Assembly: GCA_035626395.1 (NCBI GenBank)
Contig: DASPNR010000042.1
Span: 348,484 to 412,483, forward strand
Direction of reading: 5' to 3'
Length of the DNA: 64,000 nt
From: Candidatus Limnocylindrales bacterium
GTDB taxonomy: Bacteria; Desulfobacterota; Binatia; UBA1149; CAITLU01
Shown here: positions 39,493-49,253 of the stretch, piece by piece
Numbering within the stretch: position 1 is the stretch's first letter
Layout of the letters: each line of letters opens with the position of its first letter
Translations under genes and position numbers: made by a program
Notes under the pieces: generated by a model
Databases searched by the model: none
What the model saw: the letters and a program-made list of their open reading frames with translations, nothing else
Told to the model about the DNA's origin: nothing

Positions 39493-40470
39493 CTACTCTA
39501 CCTCGACCTTGGGGTCCTCGAGCAGCACGTCGCAGCTCACTTCGCGAGCCGACGGCGGCTTCCACAGCGAGACGAGGACGGAGGCTCCGAGGATGCCGGC
39601 TATGGCGGCGAGCGAGACGCCGATGGGAATCTTGTAGACGTCCATCAACAGCATCTTGGCGCCGACGAAGATCAGCACGAAGGACAGGCCGACCTTGAGA
39701 TATGCAAACTGCGTGATCACGCCCGCGAGCAGGAAGTAGAGCGAGCGCAGGCCCAGGATCGCGAAGATGTTGGAGGTGAAGACGATGAAGGGGTCGGCGG
39801 TGACGGCGAAGATGGCGGGGATCGAGTCGACGGCAAAGATCAGGTCGGTGATCTCTACCGCCAGCAGCGCCAGCAGCAGCGGCGTGGCGTAGCGGCGGCC
39901 GGCGCGCACGATCGTGAACTTGTCGCCCTGCATCTCGTGCGTGACGGGGAACAGGCGCTGGAAGCCGCGCAGCAGCGGATTCTGCTCCGGATGCATCTCC
40001 TCGTGGCGCTGCAGCAGCAGCTTGATGCCGGTGATCGCGAGGATCGCGCCGAAGACGTAGATTCCCCAGTGGAACCGCTGCAGAAACGCCGCACCGGCGA
40101 AGATGAACGCGGCTCGCATCACCAGCGCACCGATCACACCCCAGAACAGCACGCGATGCTGATAGCGCGCGGGCACGGAAAAGGCGCTGAAGATGACGAC
40201 GAAGACGAAGATGTTGTCGACGGCGAGCGCCTTCTCGATCAGGTAGCCGGTGGCGAACTCGAGCGCGCGCTCGGTGCCGAACCAGGAGTAGACGCCGAGA
40301 TTGAAGATCACCGCCAGCACGAACCAGATCGCGCTCCATGCCGCCGCCTCCTTGACGCTCACCTCGTGGGCATTGCGGTGAAACACGCCGAGGTCGATGG
40401 CCAGCATCGCCAGCACGAAGGCGAGGAAGGCCGACCACAGCATGGGCGATCCGATGGTTTCCAGTGGCAT
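39493..40470 (-). CDS. TerC family integral membrane protein
   Basis: LEFATGYLIEKALAVDNIFVFVVIF and the repeated TerC half (ITDLIFAVDSIPAIFAVT). ~325 aa, multi-TM. Confidence 0.8.
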   Translation of the reverse strand: MPLETIGSPMLWSAFLAFVLAMLAIDLGVFHRNAHEVSVKEAAAWSAIWFVLAVIFNLGVYSWFGTERALEFATGYLIEKALAVDNIFVFVVIFSAFSVPARYQHRVLFWGVIGALVMRAAFIFAGAAFLQRFHWGIYVFGAILAITGIKLLLQRHEEMHPEQNPLLRGFQRLFPVTHEMQGDKFTIVRAGRRYATPLLLALLAVEITDLIFAVDSIPAIFAVTADPFIVFTSNIFAILGLRSLYFLLAGVITQFAYLKVGLSFVLIFVGAKMLLMDVYKIPIGVSLAAIAGILGASVLVSLWKPPSAREVSCDVLLEDPKVEVE

Positions 40471-40532
40471 CTGCAGGCTCCGTTGCGTCGAGGGGCGGCG
40501 GCCGTGTCGTCGGCAGCTCGTGCAGCGGTTGT

Positions 40533-40559
40533 AAGGCCTTTGCCTTATGTCGACAATAA
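40533..40559. promoter_or_regulatory. Divergent terC / LysR-regulator promoter region with inverted repeat AAGGC-n4-GCCTT and adjacent near-palindrome TTATGTCGACAATAA (candidate LysR-type operator)
   Basis: Inverted repeats read directly from the sequence in the 115-bp AT-richer divergent intergenic region. Confidence 0.35.
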
Positions 40560-40584
40560 CGAAAACCGGACATAATCTGTCGGT

Positions 40585-41514
40585 ATGAGCGACAAGACCG
40601 AGAGACGCATCGAATGGCTGAACTACCACCATCTCCTCTACTTCTGGGTCGTGGCGAGGGAGGGCGGCCTGGTGGCCGCAGGCAGGGTGCTGCGCCTGTC
40701 GCATCCGACGCTCAGCGCGCAGATCCACGCGCTGGAGAACCAGCTCGGCGAGAAGCTGTTCACGCGCTCGGGGCGGCGGCTGGAGCTGACCGAGATGGGA
40801 CGGGTCGTTCTGCGCTATGCGGACGAGATCTTCTCGCTCGGGCGCGAGATGCTCGACACCGTGCGCGGCCGGTCCACGGGACAGCCGATGCGCCTGGATG
40901 TCGGCATTGCCGACCCGGTGCCCAAGCTCGTCGTGCGGCGCCTGCTCGAGCCCGCGCTCAGCCTGGCTGATCCGGTGCGCCTGGCCTGTCACGAGGACTC
41001 CTACGGAAAGCTGCTGGCCGACCTCGCGCTGCACTCGCTCGACATCGTCATTGCCGACGCGCCGGTCCCGCCCGGCAGCAGCGTGCGCGCGTTCCACCAT
41101 CTACTCGGAGAAACGGGTGTCACGTTCTTCGGCACCGCCGAGCTGGCCAGGAAGTTCCGGCGCGGGTTTCCGAAATCCCTCGACGGCGCACCGATGCTGC
41201 TGCCGCTCGAGAATCTCAGCCTGCGCCGCGCGCTCAATCAGTGGTTCGACCGGCTCGACATCAAGCCGGCGGTGACGGCCGAGTTCGAGGACAGCGCGCT
41301 GCTGTCGGTGTTCGGCGGCGACGGAGTCGGAATCTTTCAGGCGCCGACCGTGATCGAGAAGGAAGTGACGCGCCAGCACGGCGTCGAGATCATCGGACGG
41401 ACCCAGGAAGTCCGGGAGCGATTCTACGCGATTTCGGTGGAGCGGCGGCTCAAGCACCCGGCCGTCGTGGCCATTTCCGATGCCGCGCGCCACGAGCTGT
41501 TCGCTCGTTCATGA
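40585..41514 (+). CDS. nhaR: LysR-family transcriptional regulator, NhaR-like
   Basis: N-terminus IEWLNYHHLLYFWVVAREGGLVAAGRVLRLSHPTLSAQIHALENQLGEKLFTRSGRRLELTEMG closely parallels E. coli NhaR (NYNHLYYFW...LTPQTITGQIRALEERL...LF.R.GR.LEP.E.G). That match is from memory. Confidence 0.6.
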   Translation: MSDKTERRIEWLNYHHLLYFWVVAREGGLVAAGRVLRLSHPTLSAQIHALENQLGEKLFTRSGRRLELTEMGRVVLRYADEIFSLGREMLDTVRGRSTGQPMRLDVGIADPVPKLVVRRLLEPALSLADPVRLACHEDSYGKLLADLALHSLDIVIADAPVPPGSSVRAFHHLLGETGVTFFGTAELARKFRRGFPKSLDGAPMLLPLENLSLRRALNQWFDRLDIKPAVTAEFEDSALLSVFGGDGVGIFQAPTVIEKEVTRQHGVEIIGRTQEVRERFYAISVERRLKHPAVVAISDAARHELFARS

Positions 41515-41532
41515 GGCTGCGGGCGTTGATCG

Positions 41533-43209
41533 TCACGTCTCCACGAACTGCCGGTAGTGCTCGAAGCGCTCGAGGATGCGCTCGACGTACATCACCGGCT
41601 CGATGCCTCGGCAGTAGCCGAACTTGACGACGGGGTCGGCCGCGATCTTGGCCTTGGATTTCTCCAGCAGCCAGTAGGACACGTCGCGCCAGCTTTGGGG
41701 GTCGCCGCCATACTTCTCGGCGAGCCGGCGCGCATCGTCGACGTGACCGGGCCCGACGTTGTACGAGGCCAGGATGAACTTGAGCCGCTCCTTCTCGTCG
41801 GCGATGCGATCGGCCCAGCGCGTCTGCAGCGACTGCAGGAAACGGACGGCGCCGCTCACGTTGTCCTCCGGCTTGAACAGATCGGTGACTCCGACTTCCT
41901 TGGCCGTGCGCGGCATCAGCTGCAGCAGTCCGGCCGCGCCGGCCCACGACTTCGCCTTCGGATTGAAGCGAGACTCCTGGTAGGCCTGCGACGCGAGCAG
42001 CCGCCAGTCCCAGCCGAGCGAGGGCGCGTAGCGGCGCAGCAGATCGTCGAACGGTGACAGCTTGCCCGTCGCGGAGGTCAGGTACTCGCTCTCGACGCGC
42101 TCGGTGAACGCTCGGCGGTCGGCGAAGTACTTCCTGTACATGACCGCCAGGTGCCCCGACCTCTCCTTGCCTTCGAGCCAGGCGTTGAGCGCCGCCAGCA
42201 GCTCGGTCGATGCCGCGGGCAGCGCCCATACGATCTCGTGCGTCTCTCCGAGGATCGGCTTGATCTTGAGGTTGGTGAAGTAGACCTCGGTGAGCCTGCC
42301 GATGTTCTCGTGCGCCACGGTGTAGGTGATCTGGCCCTCGGCCACGCGCTTGATGAGCGCTTCATCGCCCGTCTGCACCTCCACAACATGGATGTCGCCG
42401 GAGATGCTGTCTTCCAGCTCGATCAGCGTGCGTTCGTAGGCGGAGTCCTGGGGAACGTCCACTCGCTTGCCGGCCAGCTGCCACGGCTTCTCGATGAGAC
42501 GAACGCCGGCCTCGATCTCCTGGATGGTTTTGCTGCGCCCGCTCGCCGCCTGAGTGGCTTCCGGAGGAAGGTCCGTCGCGACGATCGGCCGCTCCTGCTG
42601 AACGAGCACGGGGTCGGACTGATAGAGCGGCCGTGTGTAGGCGATGCGTCCTTCGAGCACGTCGGTGCGCGCCAGGCGTCCGGCGGCGATGTCACCCGCG
42701 CCCTGGTCGAGCCGATCCAGAAGGGTCGTCGGATCCGAGACGACTTCCACTCGCAGCGTCAGGTGGTTCTCTTCGGCGAACTGCCGCATCAGCTCGTATT
42801 CGAATCCCATCGGCTCGCCGCGGTAGAGAAAGTAGGAGGTCGCGTTGGTCGGCGTCAGCATGAGGATCTCGCCGGCCGCGCGGATCGCGGCAAGATCGCG
42901 CGAGTGTGCGGGCTCGTCCTCCTTCGCTGCCGCCGCCAGCTCAGGGGACTTCTCCGTATCGGGCGCCTTGTGCACTCCGACGGGCCTGGCCGCTTCGGGA
43001 GGATCGGACGGCTCCTGCGCAGCCGCGGGCGGCGCCTCGACGAGCTCGGGGAACGGCGAGTCCTGACCGTCGTGGATGACGTCGTCGTCGCTGCGAGAAG
43101 GTGTGGCTGCCGCCGGCGGGTCCGGCGCGCGCGAGTCGGGATCGCTCTGACACGACACCGTTGTCAGGAGCAGCACGAGGCAGATTGCAGGGCGCGTCAG
43201 CAGCTTCAT
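41533..43209 (-). CDS. mltF: Membrane-bound lytic murein transglycosylase F (periplasmic-binding-protein domain + SLT domain), lipoprotein
   Basis: Lipoprotein signal MKLLTRPAICLVLLLTTVSC. SBP_bac_3-like N-domain. SLT motif ESRFNPKAKSWAGAAGLLQLMP in the C-domain. Confidence 0.8.
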   Translation of the reverse strand: MKLLTRPAICLVLLLTTVSCQSDPDSRAPDPPAAATPSRSDDDVIHDGQDSPFPELVEAPPAAAQEPSDPPEAARPVGVHKAPDTEKSPELAAAAKEDEPAHSRDLAAIRAAGEILMLTPTNATSYFLYRGEPMGFEYELMRQFAEENHLTLRVEVVSDPTTLLDRLDQGAGDIAAGRLARTDVLEGRIAYTRPLYQSDPVLVQQERPIVATDLPPEATQAASGRSKTIQEIEAGVRLIEKPWQLAGKRVDVPQDSAYERTLIELEDSISGDIHVVEVQTGDEALIKRVAEGQITYTVAHENIGRLTEVYFTNLKIKPILGETHEIVWALPAASTELLAALNAWLEGKERSGHLAVMYRKYFADRRAFTERVESEYLTSATGKLSPFDDLLRRYAPSLGWDWRLLASQAYQESRFNPKAKSWAGAAGLLQLMPRTAKEVGVTDLFKPEDNVSGAVRFLQSLQTRWADRIADEKERLKFILASYNVGPGHVDDARRLAEKYGGDPQSWRDVSYWLLEKSKAKIAADPVVKFGYCRGIEPVMYVERILERFEHYRQFVET

Positions 43210-43611
43210 TGTGGGAACGTCGCGCAGATCCTTCGCCGCCTGATGCCGCGCTGACGTGCGTGCCGCCCCGGCTCGCTCCAGCCCAGCCTTCCGTGCACGA
43301 GTATTGAGCGGCTTTGCGCGCTCAGCCAGCCTTCGCGGGACGATGCGCATCATGCGGGGCGAAGCGACAGTGGAAGCGGTCGCGCAAGCAGTTGCGATTC
43401 CTCGCTCCTTGCGTTCAAGCAGGGGCAGCAGACGAGCGAGGCGGGCACGGCGCGCGTTTCCGCCACCGCTGCGGGCGTCGCACCGATCGAGGCATGGTTC
43501 GAGCGTTGCGCACCAGCCTCGCCACCACCACGCGCGTCATGCCGTCGACCGGGCGCGCGGCGAGGCACGAGTGCGCGGCCCAGCTGACGGCGTTGCAGCA
43601 CGAGAACTGCA

Positions 43612-44247
43612 TCATCGCGCGAGCCCGCCGTTTGTGTGCAGGCCGGCGCTTGCCTTGCTGCCGCAGAACAATCCGAGCGTCCCCGGGAAGGCGTCGTGGG
43701 TGGAGACCTCGCTCGCGTCGGCAAAGCCGGCCTGCTGCATCATCCGGACAAGCTCGCCGCGGCATGCCGCGGCGGTTTGCAGGAAGCCGTCCGTGGCGCG
43801 CACCGTCCAGAACGCGAGCCGCAGCGCTGCCGTTGCCGGCCGCGTCCAGTCGAGCACGACGATGCGCCCGCCCGGCCCCAGCACTCGATGCATCTCGCGG
43901 AGCACGCGCTGCTTGCGCGCATCGTCGAGGTGGTGGAACAGCAGGCTCGAGACCACGGTGTCGAAGGACATCGGCTGGAACGGCAGAGCCTCGGGCCGGC
44001 CATCCATGAGCGCGACGTCGACGCCTGCCGCTGTCAGCTTCCGCTGGGCGGACGCGCGCAGGCGCTGGTTCTCGTAGACCGCCGTGACGACGGCGCCATG
44101 GCAGGACCGTTGGATTGCGATCGAGATCGGCTGCTGGCCGTGACCGAGGCGGCCGTAGAGGCTCACGTCCAGAACCCGCTCGCCGGCGGCAAAGCCGACA
44201 TGGCTGGTGATCATGGAGGCGCGAAGGGTTGGCGAGTCGAACGTCAT
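43612..44247 (-). CDS. Class I SAM-dependent methyltransferase (type 11-like) with atypical motif I
   Basis: Methyltransferase post-I/II/III blocks (DVALMDGRPEALPFQPMSFDTVVSSLLFHHL, LREMHRVLGPGGRIVVLDW). Motif I reads VLDVSLYGRLGHG instead of VLDVGCGTG. Confidence 0.55.
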   Translation of the reverse strand: MTFDSPTLRASMITSHVGFAAGERVLDVSLYGRLGHGQQPISIAIQRSCHGAVVTAVYENQRLRASAQRKLTAAGVDVALMDGRPEALPFQPMSFDTVVSSLLFHHLDDARKQRVLREMHRVLGPGGRIVVLDWTRPATAALRLAFWTVRATDGFLQTAAACRGELVRMMQQAGFADASEVSTHDAFPGTLGLFCGSKASAGLHTNGGLAR

Positions 44248-44261
44248 GCAACGCTCGCGCC

Positions 44262-45218
44262 TCACCAGGGCAGGTAGTCGAAGTCGACGTTGCCTCCGCT
44301 GAGCACCACTCCGACCCGGCGCACCTGCGATGCGGCAGGGAAGCTCGGCGCCAGAACCGCGGCGACGGCAACTGCCGAGCTCGGCTCGATGAGCAGCTTG
44401 GCCCGCTCCCACATCAGGCGCATGGCCGCGATGATCGACTCTTCGCTGACGGTGATGACGGCTTCGACGTGATCGCGAAGGATGGGCCACGTAAGCTCGC
44501 CCAGGCTCGTGCGGAGCCCATCGGCGATGGTTGCAGGGGCGGTCTGCGGAATCAGCCGCCCTGCGGCTACGGACCGCGCCGCATCATCGGCTCCTTCGGG
44601 TTCGGCTGCGAAAATACGAACGCGCGGGTGCAGCGACCGCGCAACCACGCTCATTCCGGAAATGAGCCCGCCGCCGCCGACCGGAGCGAGGATGGCATCC
44701 AGATCCGCGACCTGCTCGAAGAGCTCGAGCGCGGTCGTGCCCTGTCCGGCGATGATGGCTGGATCATCGTATGGCGGCACGTAGACCGCGCCCGTCTGCG
44801 CGGCCACATCGGCTGCGGTCCGCTCTCGCGCTGCCAGCGTCGGAGCACACAGGATCACGCGTGCGCCGTAGTCCGCGACGGCTCGAAGCTTCACCGCCGG
44901 CGTTCCTTCCGGCATGACGATGTGCGCCGGAATTCCTCGCTGCCGCGCCGCCAGCGCCAGCGCCTGTGCATGGTTGCCCGAGCTGTGCGTGACGACGCCG
45001 CGTCGCGCGCGCTCTTCGTCGAGCTGCAGGACCGCATTGCACGCGCCGCGGTACTTGAACGCTCCAACCTTCTGGAAGTTTTCGCACTTGAAGAAGAGCG
45101 AGCGCCCGGCGCGCTCGTCTATGGTGGAGCACGTGAAGACGGGAGTGCGGTGGACGTAGCCGGTCAGGCGACCGGCGGCCGCTCGGACTGCGGCCAGATC
45201 GGCGGCGTAGGCGGGCAT
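44262..45218 (-). CDS. PLP-dependent threonine/serine dehydratase family enzyme (Trp-synthase beta fold)
   Basis: FFKCENFQKVGAFKYRGA lysine motif and GGGGLISG glycine loop. ~318 aa. Confidence 0.75.
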   Translation of the reverse strand: MPAYAADLAAVRAAAGRLTGYVHRTPVFTCSTIDERAGRSLFFKCENFQKVGAFKYRGACNAVLQLDEERARRGVVTHSSGNHAQALALAARQRGIPAHIVMPEGTPAVKLRAVADYGARVILCAPTLAARERTAADVAAQTGAVYVPPYDDPAIIAGQGTTALELFEQVADLDAILAPVGGGGLISGMSVVARSLHPRVRIFAAEPEGADDAARSVAAGRLIPQTAPATIADGLRTSLGELTWPILRDHVEAVITVSEESIIAAMRLMWERAKLLIEPSSAVAVAAVLAPSFPAASQVRRVGVVLSGGNVDFDYLPW

Positions 45219-45361
45219 GGGGGCGCCATAGCACCGGCCCGGGCGGACGGCCAGCCACCCACTCCGATTCGCTGCGCCGCCAGTGGCCAACGCGGCCGCG
45301 CGCCCCTGCCATCAAGCGTCGGCGTCGCCAGCTTCCTCGTGCGCGCGGAGGTGCCATTGTC

Positions 45362-46594
45362 GTGATCATGGTTCAGCGCCGACTCGTTCCCGCACTGCTC
45401 ATCGCGGCGATGCTGGCGGTGACCACGCCCGTCTGGAGCGCGCAGGCCCCGAAGGCGCGCACCTCTTTCAACCAATGGGTCAAGGATTTCCGGCCGCGTG
45501 CCCTCGCGCGCGGCATCTCCGCGGCGACGTACGCTCGGGTGACCGAGAAGCTTCAGCCCGACATGACGGTGTTCGAGAAGGTCGACGCGCAGCCCGAGTT
45601 CCAGGAGCAGCTGTGGCAGTACCTGAACCGCCGCGTCTCCGAGTGGCGCATCAACGTCGGCAGAGAGAAGCGAAAAGAGCACGCCGCGCTGCTCGAACGC
45701 ATCGAAAAGGATTTCGGCGTCCCGCCCAGCGTCCTTCTCGGCCTTTGGGGCATCGAGTCCGGCTACGGCGACCCGCTCGTGCAGAAGAATCACATGCGTC
45801 CGGTCTTCCCGGCCCTCGCCGCGCTGGCATGGGGCGAGCCGCGGCGGCGCGACTTCTGGCAGCAGCAGCTGCTGTTCGCGTTCGTCATTGTCGAGCGCGG
45901 GTGGTCGACGCCGGGGGAGATGAATGGCTCGTGGGCAGGGGCGATGGGACACACGCAGTGGATGCCCGAAGTGTGGGTCAACGTGGGCATCGACTTTGAT
46001 CGGGACGGGCGGGTCTCTCCCTTCGGAGCGCCGGACGACGCGCTAGGCTCCAGCGCACGCTATCTCGTGCAGCGCGGCGGATATCGGCGCGACGAGCATT
46101 GGGGATATGAGGTGCGACTGCCCGCTGGCTTCGTCGTGACGTCTGCCTCCAGGAGCTACAGCAACTGGGAGAAAGCTGGCGTGCGGCGAGCCGACGGCCA
46201 GCGATTTCCACAACCGAAGGCAACGGCGAAGCTGTGGGTGCCGGCCAAGGGTGGACCGGCGTTTCTTCTCGGACCGAACTTCTACGCGGTGCGCACGTAC
46301 AACCCGTCGAACAATTACACGCTCGCGATCCTGCACCTCGCCGACCGCATCGCCGGCGGCGGCCCGTTCGTTCAAGCTTTCCCCGGCGGCGAGCGTGCTC
46401 CAACGCTTGCCGAGCTCCAGGAGGTTCAGCGGCGGCTCACCGCGCTCGGCTACGACACCGGCGGTACCGACGGACGCGTCGGTACCGGTACCATGCAGGC
46501 GGTGCAGAAGTTCCAGAAGGCCAACGGAATCAAGCCCGCGGATGGTTACGCGGGCGTGACGTTGTTGGAGAGATTGCGGGAGATGGGGCGGTAG
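45362..46594 (+). CDS. Lytic murein transglycosylase (MltB/SLT_2 family) with C-terminal peptidoglycan-binding domain, secreted
   Basis: GGAGGT 9 nt upstream of GTG 45362. Signal peptide. LLGLWGIESGYG catalytic region. C-terminal LQEVQRRLTALGYDTGGTDGRVGTGTMQAVQKFQKANGIKPADG is PG_binding_1-like. Confidence 0.75.
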   Translation: MIMVQRRLVPALLIAAMLAVTTPVWSAQAPKARTSFNQWVKDFRPRALARGISAATYARVTEKLQPDMTVFEKVDAQPEFQEQLWQYLNRRVSEWRINVGREKRKEHAALLERIEKDFGVPPSVLLGLWGIESGYGDPLVQKNHMRPVFPALAALAWGEPRRRDFWQQQLLFAFVIVERGWSTPGEMNGSWAGAMGHTQWMPEVWVNVGIDFDRDGRVSPFGAPDDALGSSARYLVQRGGYRRDEHWGYEVRLPAGFVVTSASRSYSNWEKAGVRRADGQRFPQPKATAKLWVPAKGGPAFLLGPNFYAVRTYNPSNNYTLAILHLADRIAGGGPFVQAFPGGERAPTLAELQEVQRRLTALGYDTGGTDGRVGTGTMQAVQKFQKANGIKPADGYAGVTLLERLREMGR

Positions 46595-46822
46595 CGCCGT
46601 TCGCGCGACTCTGGCGTCGACCGTCGCAGGTACTTGGACATCATCGGAGGCACCACGCGCGTTCGCTTCCCATGCCGCGTGTGGATCCGGACCATCAGGC
46701 AGGCCAATCGCGGAACCTTCTTCGATTTCGCCAAGCGGACAATCGACCTTCTTTCGGACGCTGCGCTCGATGATGCGAGCGGTGCTGCGGATCACATGTG
46801 GTCCACGGAATAACAAAGAAAT

Positions 46823-49058
46823 ATGGCCGAAAATGGGCGACAAAGCGCTTGCCCATTGGATCGTTTTCGTATTACGTTCGCCACGATGATCGACGCCTGC
46901 CGAGGCTTTGGTGCCGGCGATCCTCAGCCTTTCGGCCGTCTGCCGCTGGCCGGGACGCCTATCACTGCAGAACGCTGCAACTGGCGCTCGCAGTCCGAGC
47001 CGGAGCCGGAGCCGCGGCCTCCGCAGCAGCCGAATCCGTACGCGTCGATGCCCGCGGCGCTGCCTCCGGAGGCTGAAGCGCTGGATCGGCAGGCGTGCTC
47101 TGTCGCAGCGATGGAGACGCAGTGCCGTCTGGTCGAAGCGAGGATCGTCGCCGAGCTATTGAGGCGGAAGCTGTGGCGGCCGCTCGGCTTCAGCCGCTTG
47201 CGCGACTACGCTGCCGAGTGGCTCGGCGTCTGCGATCGCACGCTACAAGAGGACGCGCGCGTGGTAACGGCGCTCGAGTCGCTGCCGGCAATTCAGCAAG
47301 CGTTTCTCTGCGGAGCGATTCGCTGGACGCACGCGCGGATGCTGGTTCGCATCGCGACGCCTCAGACCGAGCGCGGATGGCTGCGCTTGGCTCTGATTTC
47401 GACCACACGCCGACTGGCAGAGCTGTTGGACGCCGCACGCCGCGGTGATCCTGCGCCCGGCGAGGGTGCGGCTCCAAATGCGTGCGCATCGGGAGGTGGT
47501 GATGGTGCGGCTCCAGATGCGTGCGCGCCGGGAGGTGGTGACGGTGCAGGTCCAAATGCGTGCGCATCGAGGTGGTGACGGTGCAGGTCCAGATGCGTGC
47601 GCGCCGGGAGGTGGTGATGGTGCAGGTCCAGATGCGTGCGCGTCCGACCGAAGCGACGGCGCGGGGCCGCATGCGCGCTCGCCGCTTGGCGCCGCGGCTT
47701 CATCCGCTGCCAGCGACGACCCGCTCGTCCACTGGACCATGACAACCACGCGCTTTGGCCGGCAGCTCTGGCGCGTGATGATCGATCTCGCCTCCCGGAT
47801 GCACGGCCAGGACGTTCCGGCATGGCGCGTTGCCGAAGCCGTTGCCGGCGAGGCGACGAGCTGGCCGTATTGCGACCCGCCTGGGCCCCAGCCTCCGCCG
47901 CCTCCGCGCCCGGGCCAGCGCAGAGAGGCCTTCGTCAAAGCCTTCGAAGCTCTCCACGGTACCTGCGAGGGGTTCGGCTGGGTGCGGCCGCCGCAAAGGC
48001 CAGCCGTCGTCTTCGAACTCGACCGACTGCTCGTTGGCCTGGCCGACGCCGACGCCTTCGAGATCGACGCCCGCCTGCGCATTGCCCGCGAGGCGATGCA
48101 GCGCATCGATGCACAGCTCGCCACAACTCTGCGCAGGATCGCCGACGGTCGGCTGCACCAGAGAATGGGCTTCGCCGATCTTCGGCTGTACGCGGAAGCG
48201 CGCCTCGGCATGTGCGGCAGCAAGGCCATGGCTCTTGTCCGCCTCGATCGCGAGTGCGCGTACAAGTCGCCGCTTCTACTGCAGGCCTACCGCGACGGGC
48301 GCGTCGGCTGGCTGGCCGCCACCGCGCTGCTGCGCGTGATCGGCAGGAACCATGAGCAGGCCTGGATCGAGCGCGCACGGAAGGTGACGCTGCGGCGGCT
48401 GAGCGCCGACATCAGCTGGGCGCTCGACCGCGCCGACGACGACCGCGGCGATGCTTTCCAGCCCCCGCCGCCGCTGGACCTGGACGTGACGGCCGACGCG
48501 CTCGGTCGCATCGATGAGGCCAACGTCCAGATGCGTGCGCACACGCAGGCCGACATGGAGAGCTTCAGCCGCCGCGTCGGCTCCCGAATTGGAATACTGA
48601 TGCCTGCCAGCGTTGCCTCACTCCTCGAGGACGCCATCGAAGGGTGCCGCCGGGCCATCGAGCCCCGTTGGCGAAGCTTCGAACGAATTCTTGCGCACGC
48701 CTATCTGACCTGGACCTCACTGCCGCAGCACGAAGACCCGCTGTTCGCGCGCGACAGCTACCGCTGTCAGGTCCCCGGCTGCAGCCGGCGCGGCATGCTG
48801 CACCGGCATCACGTCTGGTTCCGCTCTCTTGGCGGCCCCGACTTCAGCTGGAATCTGACGTGCGTGTGCGAGGAGCACCACGGCGACTTCATCCACCGCG
48901 GCTTCATTCGCGTCGACGGCTGCGCGCCCGACGGCCTGATCTGGGAGCTCGGCTGCCGCGCCGGCAAGCCGCCGCTCATGCGGCTGCGTGGGGATGTGTA
49001 CCTGTGGAAGGCACGGGCGAGTGAAGCCGGAAACGCGCAAATGGAGGCCGCAAGGTGA
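46823..49058 (+). pseudogene. DUF222 + HNH endonuclease family protein, paralog 2, interrupted by a frameshift inside an internal 42-bp tandem repeat (ORFs 46823..47578 and 47445..49058 together)
   Basis: Same architecture as 26454..28979: duplicated DUF222-like modules and HNH motif FARDSYRCQVPGC...HRHHVWFRSLGGPDFSWNLTCVCEEHH. The third copy of the 42-bp repeat lacks 2 nt (gcatcgAGG vs gcatcgGGAGG), giving a stop at 47576-47578. Reading resumes in the other frame. Confidence 0.6.
47462..47660 (+). repeat. Five tandem copies of a 42-bp repeat encoding GGGDGA(A/G)P(N/D)ACA(S/P) inside the HNH paralog 2 gene
   Basis: Read directly: ggtgc(g/a)g(c/g)tcca(a/g)atgcgtgcgc(a/g)(t/c)cgggaggtggtga(t/c) repeated. 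One copy carries a 2-nt deletion. Confidence 0.75.
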
Positions 49059-49117
49059 GGGCGGTGCAGGGTGGCGCGCCACCTTGTCGCAGGAGCCTTG
49101 CGTCACCTGCGCACATC

Positions 49118-49215
49118 GGGACGCCGACCGCCCAACGCCAATCGCCGACCGCCCAACGCCAATCGCCGACCGCCCAATCGCCGACCGCCCAATCGCCGAC
49201 CGCCCGCTGCCGCGA
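49118..49215. repeat. Tandem repeat array (CGCCGACCGCCCAA with 7-bp CGCCAAT spacer in the first two units; about 5 units) in the HNH2 / coxD intergenic region
   Basis: Read directly: cgccgaccgcccaacgccaat x2, cgccgaccgcccaat x2, cgccgaccgcccgctg. Confidence 0.7.
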
Positions 49216-49253
49216 CAATCCGCCGCCGCGGCGCGTCCGCCGCCGCCGCCGAC

